From the NCBI RefSeq assembly GCF_009914755.1, contig NC_060925.1: 64,000 bases of DNA. One strand, written 5' to 3'. The stretch is from the human T2T-CHM13v2.0 reference genome, Homo sapiens. Of this stretch, positions 28,350 to 45,279 are shown one piece after another (the stretch's first letter is position 1; each line of letters begins with the position of its first letter). A program made the translations under genes and the position numbers. The notes beneath the pieces are model-generated. The model saw only the letters and a program-made list of their open reading frames with translations, did not search any database and was not told the DNA's origin.

Positions 28350-28935
28350 AAATAGTGTTCCACTCAGCAGCATGGGCTTTGGAGTCATGCAGCCCTGGAT
28401 GTAACTCCAACATTTACCAACCATGTGTGACTTTTTGTGACATTACTTAACATGATTGAACCTCGGTCTGCCCCTCTGCAAGATGGGGATAATAATGCCA
28501 TCTCTCTTACGGACCTGTTTTAAGGTTTATATTAGATGGTGTATACAAAATGCTTGGCACAGAGGCTCATGGTAGGGACTCCATACATGAAGATGATATT
28601 ATCAGTGCTATTATTATTGAAATGGTTTGTGATTTGTGCCACTGCTGGACTCTATCTAGGGCTGTGACATTGTGTGCTGTGTGGAAACAGCTGTAAAAAC
28701 ATGATTAAGAAACCGCATGTGGATGCTGTTATGTGGTAACAACAGTCCCAGCTCCATCCTTTACCTGCTGTGTGATCTTTGGGCAAGTCATCTTATTCCA
28801 CCAAATCTCAGACTATGTCTATAAAATGAGAATCATTATACTACCTACCTTCAGTGGGGTCTGGAGCCCACTGAATATGATAATCATATAAAAATCTAGC
28901 ACAGTGCCTGGGTACAGCAACGTGTTCAACATAAT
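28350..28935 (+). mobile_element. Two MIR copies (~28350-28600 and ~28745-28935)
   Basis: MIR cores (gggctttggagtca..., tgtgtgatctttgggcaagtca...). Confidence 0.7.
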
Positions 28936-29084
28936 CAGAGTCAGAATGAGACTGGCACCTCACGGGTCCCAGTGCCTGTCCACCCAGAGCAGCAGCCTCC
29001 CAGGCCATTAACAATAATAGCTTTACCAGGTGAAAAACTTGCGATTGACTCTTCTCAGTCTTTTCTACACTAACTGCCCCCTAG

Positions 29085-29405
29085 ACCTCCAGGTCTCAGT
29101 TTAACATTGCCTCCTTCAGGAAGTCATCCCTGATAGGCGCTGGCTAGACTCCTGACCTTCCTGTGTGCTCCCATAACCCCTCTCCTTGCCCCATGTTAAA
29201 CTTTATTGTGATGCTCACCACATTGCTTTTAAATTATCTGTGTAATTATCTGTCCACTCTGCAGGTGATATATTAGAAAGACTGAAAGCTTAGGGGGATG
29301 TGGGCCAAAGGACAGATCCCATGCATGTCATCAAACTCTATATCCCAGAACCCAGCATGGTATCTGGCACAAGGTGGTAGCTCAACACAACTTGGTTAAA
29401 CATAT
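29085..29405 (+). mobile_element. L2 3' fragment
   Basis: tatatcccagaacccagcatggtatctggcac. Confidence 0.6.
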
Positions 29406-31793
29406 ACACAGATGGGAGAAAAAAAGAAGGAAGGAAGGAGGGGAAAAGTCTTGGTGTTGCTACTGCTTTATACTAGTAACTGTCTCTGTCATCTCCAGCC
29501 TGCTCCTCTTGCCTTGGGCCTATTATTCAAGTCAATTTTGGCCCCTTGTCTGCAAAGCAAATGTGTGATGCCCGGCCCTAATCTGACATCAGTTTCTATC
29601 AAGGAGTTAACCAAGGAGAATCAGGTCTGACTCCAGAGCTGATGCATTTTAAACCATTGTCCCATTTCCTAACAATCCACCTAGTTGAAATATATTCTCC
29701 ATTTACTCTTCCAGGGGACAATGAAGGGTAGAGAAAAATTAACAATTTATTTTCTTATTTAAATATGCCACAGAGATAAGCGGGCCAGATGATCAATGTC
29801 TTAGTCAACATCTCCTCTCAGTCTGGATAACAGCTTTGAGAAACCTCCAAGGCTGTCTGGTAGCTACAGCTGAGTCCAAGGTGGGTGGGGCTCCTACCAT
29901 TCCTCTTGATTGGGTGGGACAGGTCCTGCCTGTCCCAGTTACCTCCAGCTGCAGGCGGTGCCAACCAGCTCAGGTCCAGATTCACCATGCAGTGTTAGGA
30001 GAGAACATGTTCATCCTACTCTTGTCTCCACAGAGGGGAATGAATTCCCAGTCCATGCTCCAGAGGACCAAGTACCAGTGGCACACATTTTTCCAGTCTC
30101 TCTCTGACCCTTAACTCTCTCCCTACCTTGGAGGAAGAGTGACTTGTCCAAAGGGCATTTGTGGGGAAATAACTTGGCATACTTAGCTCAGCCCCAACCC
30201 ACCTTGCACCCCCTTAACTTACCCAGCAAGCCTTGCTCCTGTGAGGGAAGCCTGAGGCTGTTTCCTTTGCTGGTGAATGAGTGGGTAACTTCTTCAATTC
30301 AAGAGTGATGTATTAACAAGACAATTTTGCCACATATCCAAAGCCACGTCTTCCAATCAGCGTTATCGGTAAGGTAATGAAGCTGACATTTTGATCTCTC
30401 CATGTGACTCCTCTTGTGTTTTTTAGGCAGTTCATTCCAAACTTGAGAGGGGAAGTAAGGGAGGGGGTGTTGAGGGTGTAGAGGAGAAATTGGACAAGAA
30501 CGGCATTCCCTGCCTGGGGTTCCCAGACCCCTGTGGCTCTTCAAAGGCAGTAATGAGAGTTTGTGAGCTATTTTCAATATTTCAAAGAGCCTAACAGAAA
30601 CTGCATTTAACCGCGATCAAAATGCACAGGCCAAATAAATGCCAAGTGTCTGCTTTGGGCTGGAACTATTCCCAATCAGTGAGGTCACACTGCCCTTTGT
30701 CCACTCTGATCGGTGAGACCGAGCTGTGGCCCTTGGGGGACACCAGAGGCTTGCCAATTAAGGGATGGTGGTTCCCCAACCCCTCCGCTTGACTGCATGA
30801 GAAACTTTAGCCCCTTGGCAAGGCTGCCTGCTTCTTTGAAAGAGGAAAGTGAAATGAGGTGCATTTGGGGGATGAATGAGGGTAGCCTCAATCTTAGACA
30901 AAGTGAATAAGAATGAGGTCCTAAGAAGATGCCTTTTCCCAGGGCCAAAGAACAGAACCACCCAAGTTAGGAAAGTGTATAGCTCATGGCCTCAACTCAG
31001 ACCACATATGGGGGATAAAGGAAAGTCGAGGCCATAAGAAGTTGGGAGGGGCTGAGGTTCTGTACCAGGACAGCAGAAAGGCAGGAGGGCTGCATGCCTG
31101 CTTCTTTGAGTGGCACCTCCTCACTCGGCCATGGCTTTGCCCTCTTGCTGCCTGGAGGGGTGGCTCTGAATGCAGCTGAGAATGCTAATGAACCTCCTCC
31201 CTGCCCCTTGGCAGCATCTCCCAGTGTAATTTTTGTAGGGTAGGTGGGATCTGGGGAGAGCTGATCTGTACCAGCAGACCTGAAAACACAGAAATAGAAA
31301 TGGGGAAATGAATCCATGTCCTTCTTAATGAGTGCAGCCTGGTAGAAACAGTGCCTTGAAACACAAGACTCTTGGGAGGAACTCAGAGAACGGGAGAACA
31401 TCCCGCGCCATAACAAAGTTAGGTTGTGTCGAGGAACGGGGAGGCATTTAGGAGTCTTTTCCCCTCCCCATGGCAGTCTCAGCACACAGAGGAGAGGGGG
31501 ACCTCCTTTCTGCCCAGGCTAGGGAGGGCTTCCAAGGGACCAGACGCCTGTTCTACCTGAAACTGATGAGTAGAACAAGACCCCCATCATTCTCGTGCCA
31601 AGAGCTGGCTGGGAAAGTGGACACTGAGGCTTCTCGAGAGGCACAATCCTAGCCCTAACTCTGCAGATGTCCTGAGTGCTCCATTCTCAAGATTTAGATT
31701 CATGGTGAAAGGAGGTGGAAAGCTCCATTCAGCCTCAACAGGCCAAGCCATGTTCTTCAACATGATACACCAAAGACCAGTAATTTGTGTTTG

Positions 31794-31926
31794 TTTAGAG
31801 TCAGGGTCTCACTCTGTCACCCAGGCTGGAGTGCGATGGCATGATCACTCCTGGGCTCAAGTGAATCTCCCACCTCAGCCTCCCGAGTCACCAGGATTAC
31901 AGGAATGTACCACCAGAGCCCAGCTC
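31794..31926 (-). mobile_element. Alu monomer fragment (AluJ/FLAM-like)
   Basis: agggtctcactctgtcacccaggctggagtgc...cctcagcctcccgag. Confidence 0.8.
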
Positions 31927-32701
31927 AGGACCTGTGTCCTGAGGGGTATCAGGCACACGCCTGGCTATTAATAAATGAATCAGTACTTTTCCCTTTGACC
32001 ATTATTCTAGGTCTTTACCCTACTCATCAGAGCCCCAGCAGGGAGCAGGTGTTAGTGGCATATCAGTTTAAGCACCTTCCAAAGCCACTCTTAACCCAAA
32101 AGCTTCAAACTCTTTGCCAGTTCTTCAAGAGGTACCAACTTCTCATTGACCTTTGTCTTGTCCCTCCTCTTCCATTCTAAAGAGTAAAGTCACTCCCTTT
32201 GTCTGACTGAAGCAGGAACCACCTATTGGAAGAAGCTAGGACAGATGTGGGAGGCCATAGCCCTGCCACTGCAGTTGTAAGAGTGCTATGTTCCAACTGT
32301 TCAGGAGAAAAGGGGTGAGTTCCAAGCCAAGCAAAGATGCAGAAAAATGCTTGAGAATGATTTGAGAAGTAAAATCCATAAGATGTGGTTAGTGAAAGGG
32401 AGCAGAGAGGGGTGGAATTCCAGGATGAGTCCCAGGTTTCTGGCTTAGGAAGATGCATGACTGTGAAGATGCATGAAGCAATTCATAGAGGTGGGCCACA
32501 AAAGTTTGGGAGAGTAAAGTTTCTGGGGGTGGGAGAGAGTCATATAGGTGACAGCAGGAATGAAGACTTCAGTGTGTGGAGTGGGGAGTTATGCGGTTCT
32601 GGAGTTCAGGAGCAAGGTCTTCATTAGAGACCTAAGTATGGAGAGTCTCAGCATTTGGACAGTGGCATGAAAGCCATAGGAGCGAATGAAATAAAGGATA
32701 A

Positions 32702-33145
<444 letters not shown>

Positions 33146-34544
33146 TCAGGAAGCTTGGCTGTGGCCAGACTGTGGAAGGTCTAGGAGCCGGCAGAGATGC
33201 TTGGATTTAGTAAACAGGAAGTCATGTGGTGCCCTAGGCTGGAGCACCTCCCCCGGAGTGAGGAGGGTGTAAGCCAGGTAACAGGTGCTGAGAAATGAAT
33301 TGGCAGACACCATCTCAGGAAGTATGGCTGGGGAGGAAAGGAGAGAGACGGGGTGACAGCCAAAAGTGGGTGCAGAGTCAGGGAGGGGCTGTTTTTTAGT
33401 GTATTATTAAGACACAAAGAAAGTGTGTGCATGGGCTAATGGGAGGGAAACAGAGGGGAGGGAGGAGTTAGAGAAATGGGGCACAGGGATGCCAATTATG
33501 GCAGTGACGTCCCTGCGTAACACAGGGTATGGTGTCCTCAGCGCTTCCCTGCACAAATTCAGCAGCAAGGCTCACGCAGCTGTTTCCTTTAGTGTCAACT
33601 TTTCTATGAAGTAGGACACAAGGTTGTTCAAGAGAGTGAGCGGGTGAGGCTGCCACAGAGATGAGAATGGCCCCAGGACAGAGCCTGTGGTCCAGAGTGG
33701 TCGAAAGCCAGAGGCAGGACACTCTAGGGACTGAGTTGAGAGGGAGGGGCCCACAAGGGCTGGAGCAAGAGTAAAGAGAGGCACAGCATTGGGTAAGATG
33801 AACTTCTAGGTTCAAAATCTCGTTGAGGCCCAGGGACACTGGGAGGGTCCAGATCCATAGAAGTCTACCCCCTTGCCACCTACCTGATCCTACTTTCTGG
33901 ACTAATCGGCTCATTCTTACTAAGGTGTTAATGGCTAACATTTCCCAAAATATTTAGTTCTAACAGTGGCTTTCAAACCAAAGATTTCAGTAATAACAGA
34001 ATTTTCCTGAAACACAGGCAGACACAGAGCAACTATCTCATTGCTCTGCATCAAAAACCTCCACCGGCCCCTTGCCCAGTCTCTCAGCAATCCTTCACTC
34101 TGAAAAATCTGCCGTAATTTGGTGCAGCAACAGAAAACAAAAGGAAAATTGCATCTTTGCTGCTCCCGAAAGCAGTCTCCAGCATGTTCAGTTTGATCTG
34201 ACAACCACTTGACGTGTAATTCATTCATTCATTCATTCATTCACAATATTTATTGAGCATCCACCATGCTGCAGGTACTGTGCTACATCTGCGGACACAG
34301 CAGTGAACAAAAGGGCCAAACCCCCTCCTTCAGTGGGGGCACAGACTCATCAGGACAAAGGGGCAGGAGAGCTGCATGCTCTGAGCCAGGCACTCTGCAA
34401 GCATGGACCTTTACAAGCATGACTTTGAAGTCAGGATTTTTGCCCCATTTTACTAATGTGAAAACTGAGGCCAAGAATGAACTAGGACGAAGGTTTGCTG
34501 GGGTCGGCCTTATTCTAAAGTCTGTGCTCAGAGAATGCACCGCC

Positions 34545-34700
34545 TAGTGCTTCTCAGACTCTCACAGGCACAGGAATTGACCTGGGGATCTTGTTAAAAT
34601 TTAGGTGCAGTAGGTGGCGGATGGGGTCCAAGAGGCTCCATTTCTAAAAAGCTTCCTGGCAAGGCCTTGAACCACACCTCAGAAGCCAAGGGTCTAGTGT
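34545..34700. mobile_element. MER5-type MITE
   Basis: agtgcttctcagact...cctggggatcttgttaaaat...catttctaaaaagcttcc. Confidence 0.6.
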
Positions 34701-35795
34701 TTCCCACACTCATCTGGTCATGAAACCTTTGCCCTCCCCGAGCATTTATTTACTAGTCCCTACTTTACTTCCTCAAACCCAAGGAATGAATGAAACCCCA
34801 GGAATGGCTGAATAAATGAATGAATGCCATCTCTGGGCCTCCCAGTGTTACTGTGCTTCCTACCTTCACAGCCCTATTTGCATAACTGGCCATTTGCCTC
34901 AGTTTCCCTGCTGAGCCCCTTGGGTCCTCACTGGGACCACAGACTCTCTAAATACCCCTTCACTGAGCTAGGGTCCTTCTACCCTGCCTGCTCCCCGCCC
35001 TGGGTCCGAGGTCCTGTTCCAGCCAGGGAGAAAGTGAAGGCTGGACCCTGGCCTCCTCAGCCCCACCCTCTGTAGCTTCCTCATCTCCCGGCTGGCTGGC
35101 CTCACCTCAGCCTGCCTGCAATGCCTCATCCTGAAATGCCAGCTGCCCCCCACCTACAGGCCCGAAGAAAACGGCATTTCAGTGCTGTGTGTCTGCCCTT
35201 CAGAGAGTATTAAATCCAGAATAATGGGAATTAGTACACGGAAGAAGTTGAGGATAAGACTCCCCTGAGTGTCCTGATTTCTCACCTAACAAATCCAGGG
35301 CTGGAGGAAAGACTTAGTGATTCAGGAGCTCCAAGCTGTCAGGCCAACCCTCACCAACAGCCCTTTTGTGAAGTGTATTAAGCAGTTTAGGAATGCTAAT
35401 GCGTGCCTTTGGGGCTGGTGCCTTCCCAGGCTCTTCCAGGGGGCTGCCTAATCTCATCAACACAAATCTGGTCAGCCTGGTGACAACCTCTGGGCTGCTG
35501 CACTCCCTGGGAACATGTCCTTATGGCACCAGCACCAGGGCTAATTGTAAAGGAGGGACAGAGGGAGGGGAAGGCGGTGCTGCAAAGGTAGCCCAGGTGT
35601 GGGCTGACTTGTGGAGGCAGAGCCTTTGCTCAAAGACACCCAGGACCTGAGCCCTTCTTCTAGTCATTCCTGAGTGGGGTTAAGACCAGGGTCATCAGAA
35701 GGTGAGCAGGAAGAACTCATTAAAGACGCAGATCCCTGCACCCTGCTCTCAGATCCTCTGATTCAGAAAATCAGAGGAAGACCTGGAAATCTACA

Positions 35796-35800
<5 letters not shown>

Positions 35801-35827
<27 letters not shown>

Positions 35828-36113
35828 TGAGACAGGGTCTTGCTCTGTGACCCAGGCTAGAGTGCAGTGGTGCAATCATGGCTCACTGCAGCCTTGACCT
35901 CCTGGGCTCAAGCAATCCTCTTGCCTCAGCCTCCTGACTTGCTGGGACTACAGGCGTGTGCCGCCACCACACCCAGCTAATATTTTTATTTTTTGTAGAG
36001 ACAGGGTATTACTATGCTGCCCAGGTTGGTCTTGAACTACTGGCCTCAAGCAAGTCTCCCACCTTAGTCTCTCAGAGTGCTGGGATTACAGATGTGAGCC
36101 ACTGCACCTGGCC
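35801..36113 (-). mobile_element. AluJ inserted in a MER5-type element
   Basis: Reverse Alu with a long T tract; TSD aatctacattttt at 35788 and 36116. Confidence 0.92.
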
Positions 36114-36359
36114 AGAATCTACATTTTTAACTGGGAAACCTGTACAGTGGTTAAGCCTATGGGCTCTAGAATCAGACTAGGTTTAAATCCAGGCTCTCCC
36201 CCTCCCTACTTGTGTGGTCTTAGCAAGTAATTTAATTTCCTTAAACCTCAGTTTCCTCAACTGCAAAATGACAGAATTCTTAGGAGTTTTGTAAGGGGTA
36301 AGGGAGGAATGAGCAGCTCTCACTAAGCATAGGGCCTGAGTGTTCAACAAGGGACAGCC

Positions 36360-36670
36360 AACCAGGGACTGCAGCTCATGCTTGTAATCCTGGCCCTTTG
36401 GGAGGCTGAAGGGGGAAGATTACTTGAGGTCAGGAGTGCAAGACTAGCCCGGGCAACAGAGCAAGACCCCCATTTCTACAAAAAAGTTTAGAAAAAAAAA
36501 TAGCTAAGGGTGGTGGCATGTGCCTATAGCCCCAGCTACTCAGGAGGCTGAAGCAGGAGGATCACTTGAGCCCATGAGGTCGAGGTTACATTGAGACATG
36601 ATCATACCACTGCACTCCAGCCTGGGTGACAGATCAAGACTCTGCCTATAAAAAAGATAAAAATAAAAAC
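36360..36670 (+). mobile_element. AluJ
   Basis: J diagnostics; TSD aagggacagc at 36349 and 36672. Confidence 0.9.
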
Positions 36671-37576
36671 TAAGGGACAGCTTCCACAAGGAAGACTATG
36701 ATGCTGATAAAGGGGGGGCGGGGGATGCAAACTTGACATCTCCCAAGCACAGCCTGCTGCTTTAAGTCTTTGTCTAGCTGCTCCCTCGAAGATATTCTAC
36801 CTGCAAATTGCTCTCCTTCAACCGAATCCCTGCTCACTTTTGAAGAGCCTGCTGGCACCTTCTGAATGAAGTCTTCCTTCTTCCCCTCTCCCCCTCTGCT
36901 GTGCTTGGAGCTCCTTTGGCCTTTAGTAGCTTATAACTGTCCCTGGGGGAAGGAACTTGGTTTTAAAAGGTATTTGTGTCCATGACCCCCAACCCAGGGC
37001 CACTGCACTAGGTACTCAGTGAGTGTTCCATGAGCCAGTCCCAATGCTCCTAGGCAGACGGGAGCAGCTAAAGGCCTTAAAAAGCCACCTTGATGACAGA
37101 GGTATGGGGTTGAAGCCTGGTTAAAGAAAAGGCCACGGAGGGGAGGGTCCTGGCTGGGGTGAGGGTGGAGGCAGCAAGGTCAAAGGTCAGGAAGAGGCTC
37201 TCACAGATGGCAAGGCTGAGGATGGGGAGGAGGATGACTTACAATGAGAGGGAATCCTGGTTTCTTGGGAAGTAGCAGGACTAGGGAAGGGGATGGACAG
37301 GAAAAGAAAGGAAAAGACATAAGTGGAGGAGATTGGCAGAGAAGGGAGAGGAAAGGAGAGAGGCGGAAGGAACAAAAGGTTGATAGGCACACATGGCCTG
37401 GACAAGGTAGAAGATAGCAGGTCTCCCCACAGACAGCACCTGGAAAGGACTTGCTGACTCAGCCCAAGTAGGTAGACTTTCTATTTTTCTTTTATTTCTT
37501 CTTTCCTCCCTCACTCCCTTGCTTCCTTCCTCCCTCCCTCCCTCCCCCCCCTTCTCTCTTCCTTTCTTTCAGTCAC

Positions 37577-37879
<303 letters not shown>

Positions 37880-38427
37880 TATTTCCTTTCTAGATGGAAG
37901 TTTTGTGATGTTCTCATGGAGGCATGATGAACAGAACCATAACTTATGATCCATGATTCATGGAATGGGTTTCATGTACTTTTGACTGTTCACTCAGCTG
38001 TTTACCCTCCCTGGGAGGCCAGGGCACCAGGTAGAGGACTTGTGGAAGAAAAAGGATCCCCTCAGCCCCAATTTGCTGATGTGGGGCTCCAGGCACCCTC
38101 ACCAAGGCCTGCCTTTGCCAGTAGCACCCTACCCTCATTGTGTTTTTTCAGAGACCTGTGGCTGCCAGCCAAGCCAGCCAGCCATCCCCCTTCTCCAAAT
38201 CCTCCAGCCTCCTCAATGCCCTTCTTTGGTGAGCAAACCTTCTTCCAGACCTGGAACAACCCACTCTCACTCAACCAGGAGCCCATGCAGATGAACCTGC
38301 ACTGTCGCAAGCCATTTCCTGCTCCCCTCTTCACCTGCTCACTCCTGTTGATCCTGCAGGTCTCGGCTTGAACATCCTTCTCTGGGAGCTTTCCTTGATC
38401 CCTTGTGTCTAAAGAGTTGTCCCTCTT

Positions 38428-39245
<818 letters not shown>

Positions 39246-39609
39246 GTAGCTGCCTCTCTTATGTACACTCAGCACTGAAACTTGCCCATGTCCCCAGTGC
39301 AGCTGAGAGCTCAGGCGCACAGAGGCACTCAATAACTGCCTGCTGAAGGAGTAATCCTGCCCATTCTCTAGGTATAGCATCCATCCATTAAATTGTACTT
39401 TAACTGGGGCCTTCGGGAAACACAGGGCCTTGAGCCAGAAACCTCCTGTAGGATGTGGGGGCCCAGGATGGATGGACAGGAAGGTTCTAGAACTCCTCAG
39501 AGCCCTCTATACAGAGAGCCAGCCCTGCAAGGGAGTGGGCCCATGGGACCCCACCATGCTCTCTAGCTCATCAGTGCCCTCCTATCTCAATTTCTACCTC
39601 CCCAAAAAC

Positions 39610-40830
<1,221 letters not shown>

Positions 40831-41539
40831 AGGATTGGGGATGAAGGGAGGCAAACTTTGTAAATAAGAGAGAAGTTTTGCACAGAGAGGTGATCACAAA
40901 GTGCTAATGGACTGAGGGTAGGATTAATTCAAATGTTACCCACCTGAGACTTGGTGGGGTGCAGAAAACAGAAAACGTCAACTGTGCCTTCCACGTAACT
41001 CAGGAAAACTGTCCCTGTAACACTGTCTTCTTTCCATGTTCCTTAGAACAAAATATCGTAGGAGATGTGAGTCCCAGAGGTTCTCGAATGCAGGGAATTT
41101 TCCTCTTGCTATAGTTAAAGGCCTCATTCAGATCTGGTACCCTGGACGAATGTGTTAGTGAGAGTGAAGCCCAAGCAGTCAACTCTCCGAGACTGAACTC
41201 ACAGTGCTGCTGCCCAGGGGTGGGTGGTGGTTGGGGAAAAGGCTGTGACCAGGATGTCTGATGGGCTCTGGATGGAGATGGCTTGTTTCTTCCCTTTTGA
41301 GTTTTCAGGAGCAGTCCCACAGGCCACTGGAGGGTAAGAATGGATCAAGGCCAAGAAGCTCAGCAAGCCCACCCTCCTTCTCACCCCTGAGACCTGAAAA
41401 ATAGCCTGGCAAGCTGTCTGCAGAGGTCGTGAGCTCCCCATCCCTGGAAAGCCAAGCAGCCCGAGCCCTGGGCAGGATCTCCCACTGGATGGGCTTAAAC
41501 TAGAAACTTTTTTGGTCTTATTCTAATAGCTCTGGCTTC

Positions 41540-41720
41540 TCTTTGGACGCTTCTTTTTTAAAGAGCTTCCAAGTCCATCATTGCATAGACACACTGTGTA
41601 TTATTATCCCCATTTTATAGGTGTGAAAATAGAGGCCTAGGAAGATGAAACGATTGGCTTCTGTTCACATAGGTGGTTAGGGGCATAGCCAAGCCTGGAA
41701 GGCTGAATTCCTGACTCCTA
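41540..41720 (-). mobile_element. MIR
   Basis: ttattatccccattttataggtgtgaaaatagaggc. Confidence 0.7.
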
Positions 41721-43124
41721 GGCCAAACAAGGCCTTTCTCCTGGCTGAGGATCTGCTATGAGTCAGCCCTTCTAGGAATGCACATATGATAAGGCCAGGA
41801 GGATAGGGCCACATAGGTCCCTGGCAGGAGGGGATGCCAACATTGAGATGTCTGTTTTCGTGCTAGGAACATTTTAGCATTAATTGAAAATAAACCATTA
41901 AACTGTCATCTCCTTCTTACTGCCAAGTCCACACACCATCACCAAGTCCCACCCAATCACTGAACTCTCTCCATTCCTGAAATGGCAATGGAGGAAGCAA
42001 TGAAGGTTGGTAGGTAGACAGATTGAGGCTGGGGTAGGGAAAGGGTTGGGGTCAGGCAGCAACCTGAAGACAAACCTCCCGAGGCCTGAGTCGACTCTAC
42101 CACACTTGCTCATCTCAGAAAGGGCCATCAATCATTCTGCACAAAATGTCTGCACATTCTCTCATAATATACTTGTATCTCAAATTTCAAAGTCTCTGCT
42201 TTTTCCCTTTACAGTTACATCCGTCACACTCACTTACTTTCAATCAATAAATAGATGTACCTACTTAATAATAGAACTTATTCTGTTTTCTATTTGAAAA
42301 CCTTGAAGATGGACACATAATTTTTTGAGGTTTATGGATTATAATTGCACTTAATTGGTATAAATTAGACATTAGCAGGTAGGAAGGCTATTTGTGTTGC
42401 AATATAAGCCCTTATTTTCTGTTCTAGATGGCACAGGAGATTCTCAAGTAAATTTCTCAGAGTAATTTGGTGCTCTCAGTAATTTAACTATACATACATT
42501 ATTTTTAGCATCATAAAAGTTCCTTATAATAATGATTTTTCAAGGGTGGGACTGACATCCCTTGAAAGACAAATTCAGTTTAAAATTTTCCAACAATACA
42601 AACACAAACAGGTGGAAAGTAAGAGAGTCTCTAGGAGAGAGACTCGCCCAGCAGAGGGGGCCATGGAGGTAAACCCCTACTCCATCCTCGGCTTTCCTTT
42701 CTGTGAGTGGAGCCACTGTGCTAGCTCTAGGGTAGGCACAATGTCTTTCTCTGATGGTGGACTTGATAGGAGCTGCCCTGGGGTTCCTGGTTTGTGCCAG
42801 GCATATTTTTCGGATGGTTTCCTGGTGGTGGCCACATGGGACTCCCAGGGTCTCCCTGAAGAATGATCCCTTATGGCAGGAAAAGGGAGCCTCCAGCATT
42901 TTAGGATTCATGCTTTATGGGACCAAAGGCTAATGGAGACTTTATGTCTGCTGGAAATTTCACAATTGAGGTGAGAAAGAAACTGACCAACGTTCACAAA
43001 GTCCTGGTCAGGAAGATGAAGATGCTACAACAATGTGAGGCGGGTCAAGGTATTTCCAGTGCCCTCCCTCACTTCCCATTTCCTCATGTCCACTCAGTTG
43101 GTGCCTATTCAATTGGTTATATAA

Positions 43125-43600
43125 TAACCCCATCTTATCTCCCAGTCTCTTGTTCCAACTCAACCAACCCAAACCATCCCAATAAATCTGACTCACCTCT
43201 ATCTCATGCCATTCTACCACAATACATCTCACCTCCCCTCCATCATATCCCAATTGTTCCATTCTACTCGACCCCAACTCCACCCACCCCATCTTATCCC
43301 ATCCCACCCCAGTGTCTTCTAACACATTCCCTCCCCACCTCACCCCCCATCCCAGTCAATCCCCTGAATACTGCACACCCCACCCTCTCGATCCCATCCC
43401 CGACATCACATCTCACTCAATCCTATCCCATTCCATTCCATCACCTGTCTCACTCTATCTATCCTGTGCCAACACATCCCAACCCACCTTTGATCCTACC
43501 CAACTTACACCTTCCTACTTGAGCTCAGTCTACCTCAAATTAGGCTGTTTCTCCAATCCCACCCCATCATGTTCCACTCCATCTCCTTCCCTCTCATCTG
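43125..43600 (+). repeat. Degenerate (CCCAT)n-like low-complexity tract
   Basis: Repeated cccatc / ccaacc motifs, G-poor strand. Confidence 0.8.
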
Positions 43601-45279
43601 CTGTTTGGCTAAAGTTCACATTTGTGGATGTATAGTGGGTCATGACTATCTTTCATGTGACATTAAGCTACCTGAGAAGGCCAAAGGGGTCTCACCTTCT
43701 CCCAAAGCTCTAAGAACTAAGTGTGTGTTTGGGTGGGAGAGAAGAAAAGAAGATAAAGAATCTCATTTTTAGAAGAGGAGTATGAAAAGACAGTCCAGGA
43801 GATTGAGCTCTCTAGAGTCCAGGGGAAAAATAAATATGAGTTTCCTTTGTTTCTCTTAACTTACAAGAGTAAGAAAAGAGCTCTGAGAGCCACGCCATCA
43901 TTTTCAAGTAGAGAAACTCCCACGTTGCATAGCCCACTCTTTGCTTTCTGTGGGTCCAAGGGAAAACCAAGCCCTTCTCAAAGCGAGTGAACCCTGAGAC
44001 AGAGTCTTTGTAAGCATAAAGACTCTGAAATAATCCTCTATTTGCAGGTTCACCCCGATGTTCCCCTGTTGTTGGGGAAGCTCTCACGACACTGCAGCAG
44101 ATGGAGAGGAGGGGTGCAAGGCCATATGCCACCCAAGGAGATAAATCCAGGGAGGGCAATGCAGTGCATTCTCGAGGTAGAGGGTTCTCCCTCCCTACCC
44201 TCCTGGATGAAGGGCACTGAGCTGGGTTGATGGGTTGAGTGAGGGGACCAGGTTCTAAGGTGTGTGCTTTCAGCCAGAGGAGCAAAGAGAAAAGACTCCC
44301 CCCACTGGGTATAGTGGTGCCAGAGAGTGGCAGAGTGTATGAATTGTTTCTCTTATATTTCTAAGAGGCTGGTGCTGAAAGCAAGTAGACCGTAGTTGTA
44401 GTAATAGTAATAGTATCTAACATGTATTGAATGGTAACAATGGGCCCAGCACTGTAACAAGGGCTTTCCAAAAAGATGGGCCCTAGGGTCAGGTAGACTT
44501 GAGGTTTAATCCCGCCTTCTTTACCTACCTGCTCTACAGCCTTGGCCCAGCTGCTTACTTTCTGAGCCTCAGTATCTTCAAATACAATATTACAGTGATA
44601 ATTAAATGGTAATGTCTACAAAGCATTTAACCAGCACTCGGTAAAGGAGAGCTATTATTATTGTGCAGATGGGCCTGGGGCTGCCTCCTACTTGAAGATG
44701 CCCCTTAACCCGTTTCCAGTCTTCCCAGCCCCCAGCTGCCCTTGGGAATGCCCAACAGGGTGGTCTAAAGGAAAGGGAGCCCTGGGCTCCAAACAACCTG
44801 CCTCTGATTGTCTCATCAGCTCTGACTGTCTCATCAGCACACTTACTGAGTGTCCACTATGTGCTCTACACTGCCCTGCCTCAGTTCACAGTCCTTTAGG
44901 GAAATGAGACAGATAACCACCTCACTAAGCAAGAAATTCCAATATGTCCTGATGACTCTGACAACAAAGGAAATGTGAGGAGTTGTAAGAACCCACAGTA
45001 GAGTTCCATCTAGATGGGTGTTTGGGGCTAGAAACCAAGAATGACTTTACAGCCTGCCCCCCCCCCACCCAGGAGCTTGTGGTGGAAAGGAATGGACAAT
45101 AGCTGCTTGAGGATTAGAAGTGTGGGATTCAGGCCTCAAAAGCAGCACAGTATAACTGATGAGGACAGCCCAGTGGGAAGAGCAAGGCCAAAGAAGGCAG
45201 CCTGGGCAGACGCTTCCAGGGACGTGGTACCAGCTGGGTCCCCAAGAAGTTGAATGGCAACAAGGTTATGAGTAAAAGA

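Noticed and set aside
42917-43522. 201-aa Pro/His/Ser-rich ORF
   Set aside because: Translation of the degenerate (CCCAT)n tract.
44802-44837. 18-bp two-copy tandem (and a 10-bp x3 tandem near 23361-23390)
   Set aside because: Ordinary slippage duplications with no sign of function.
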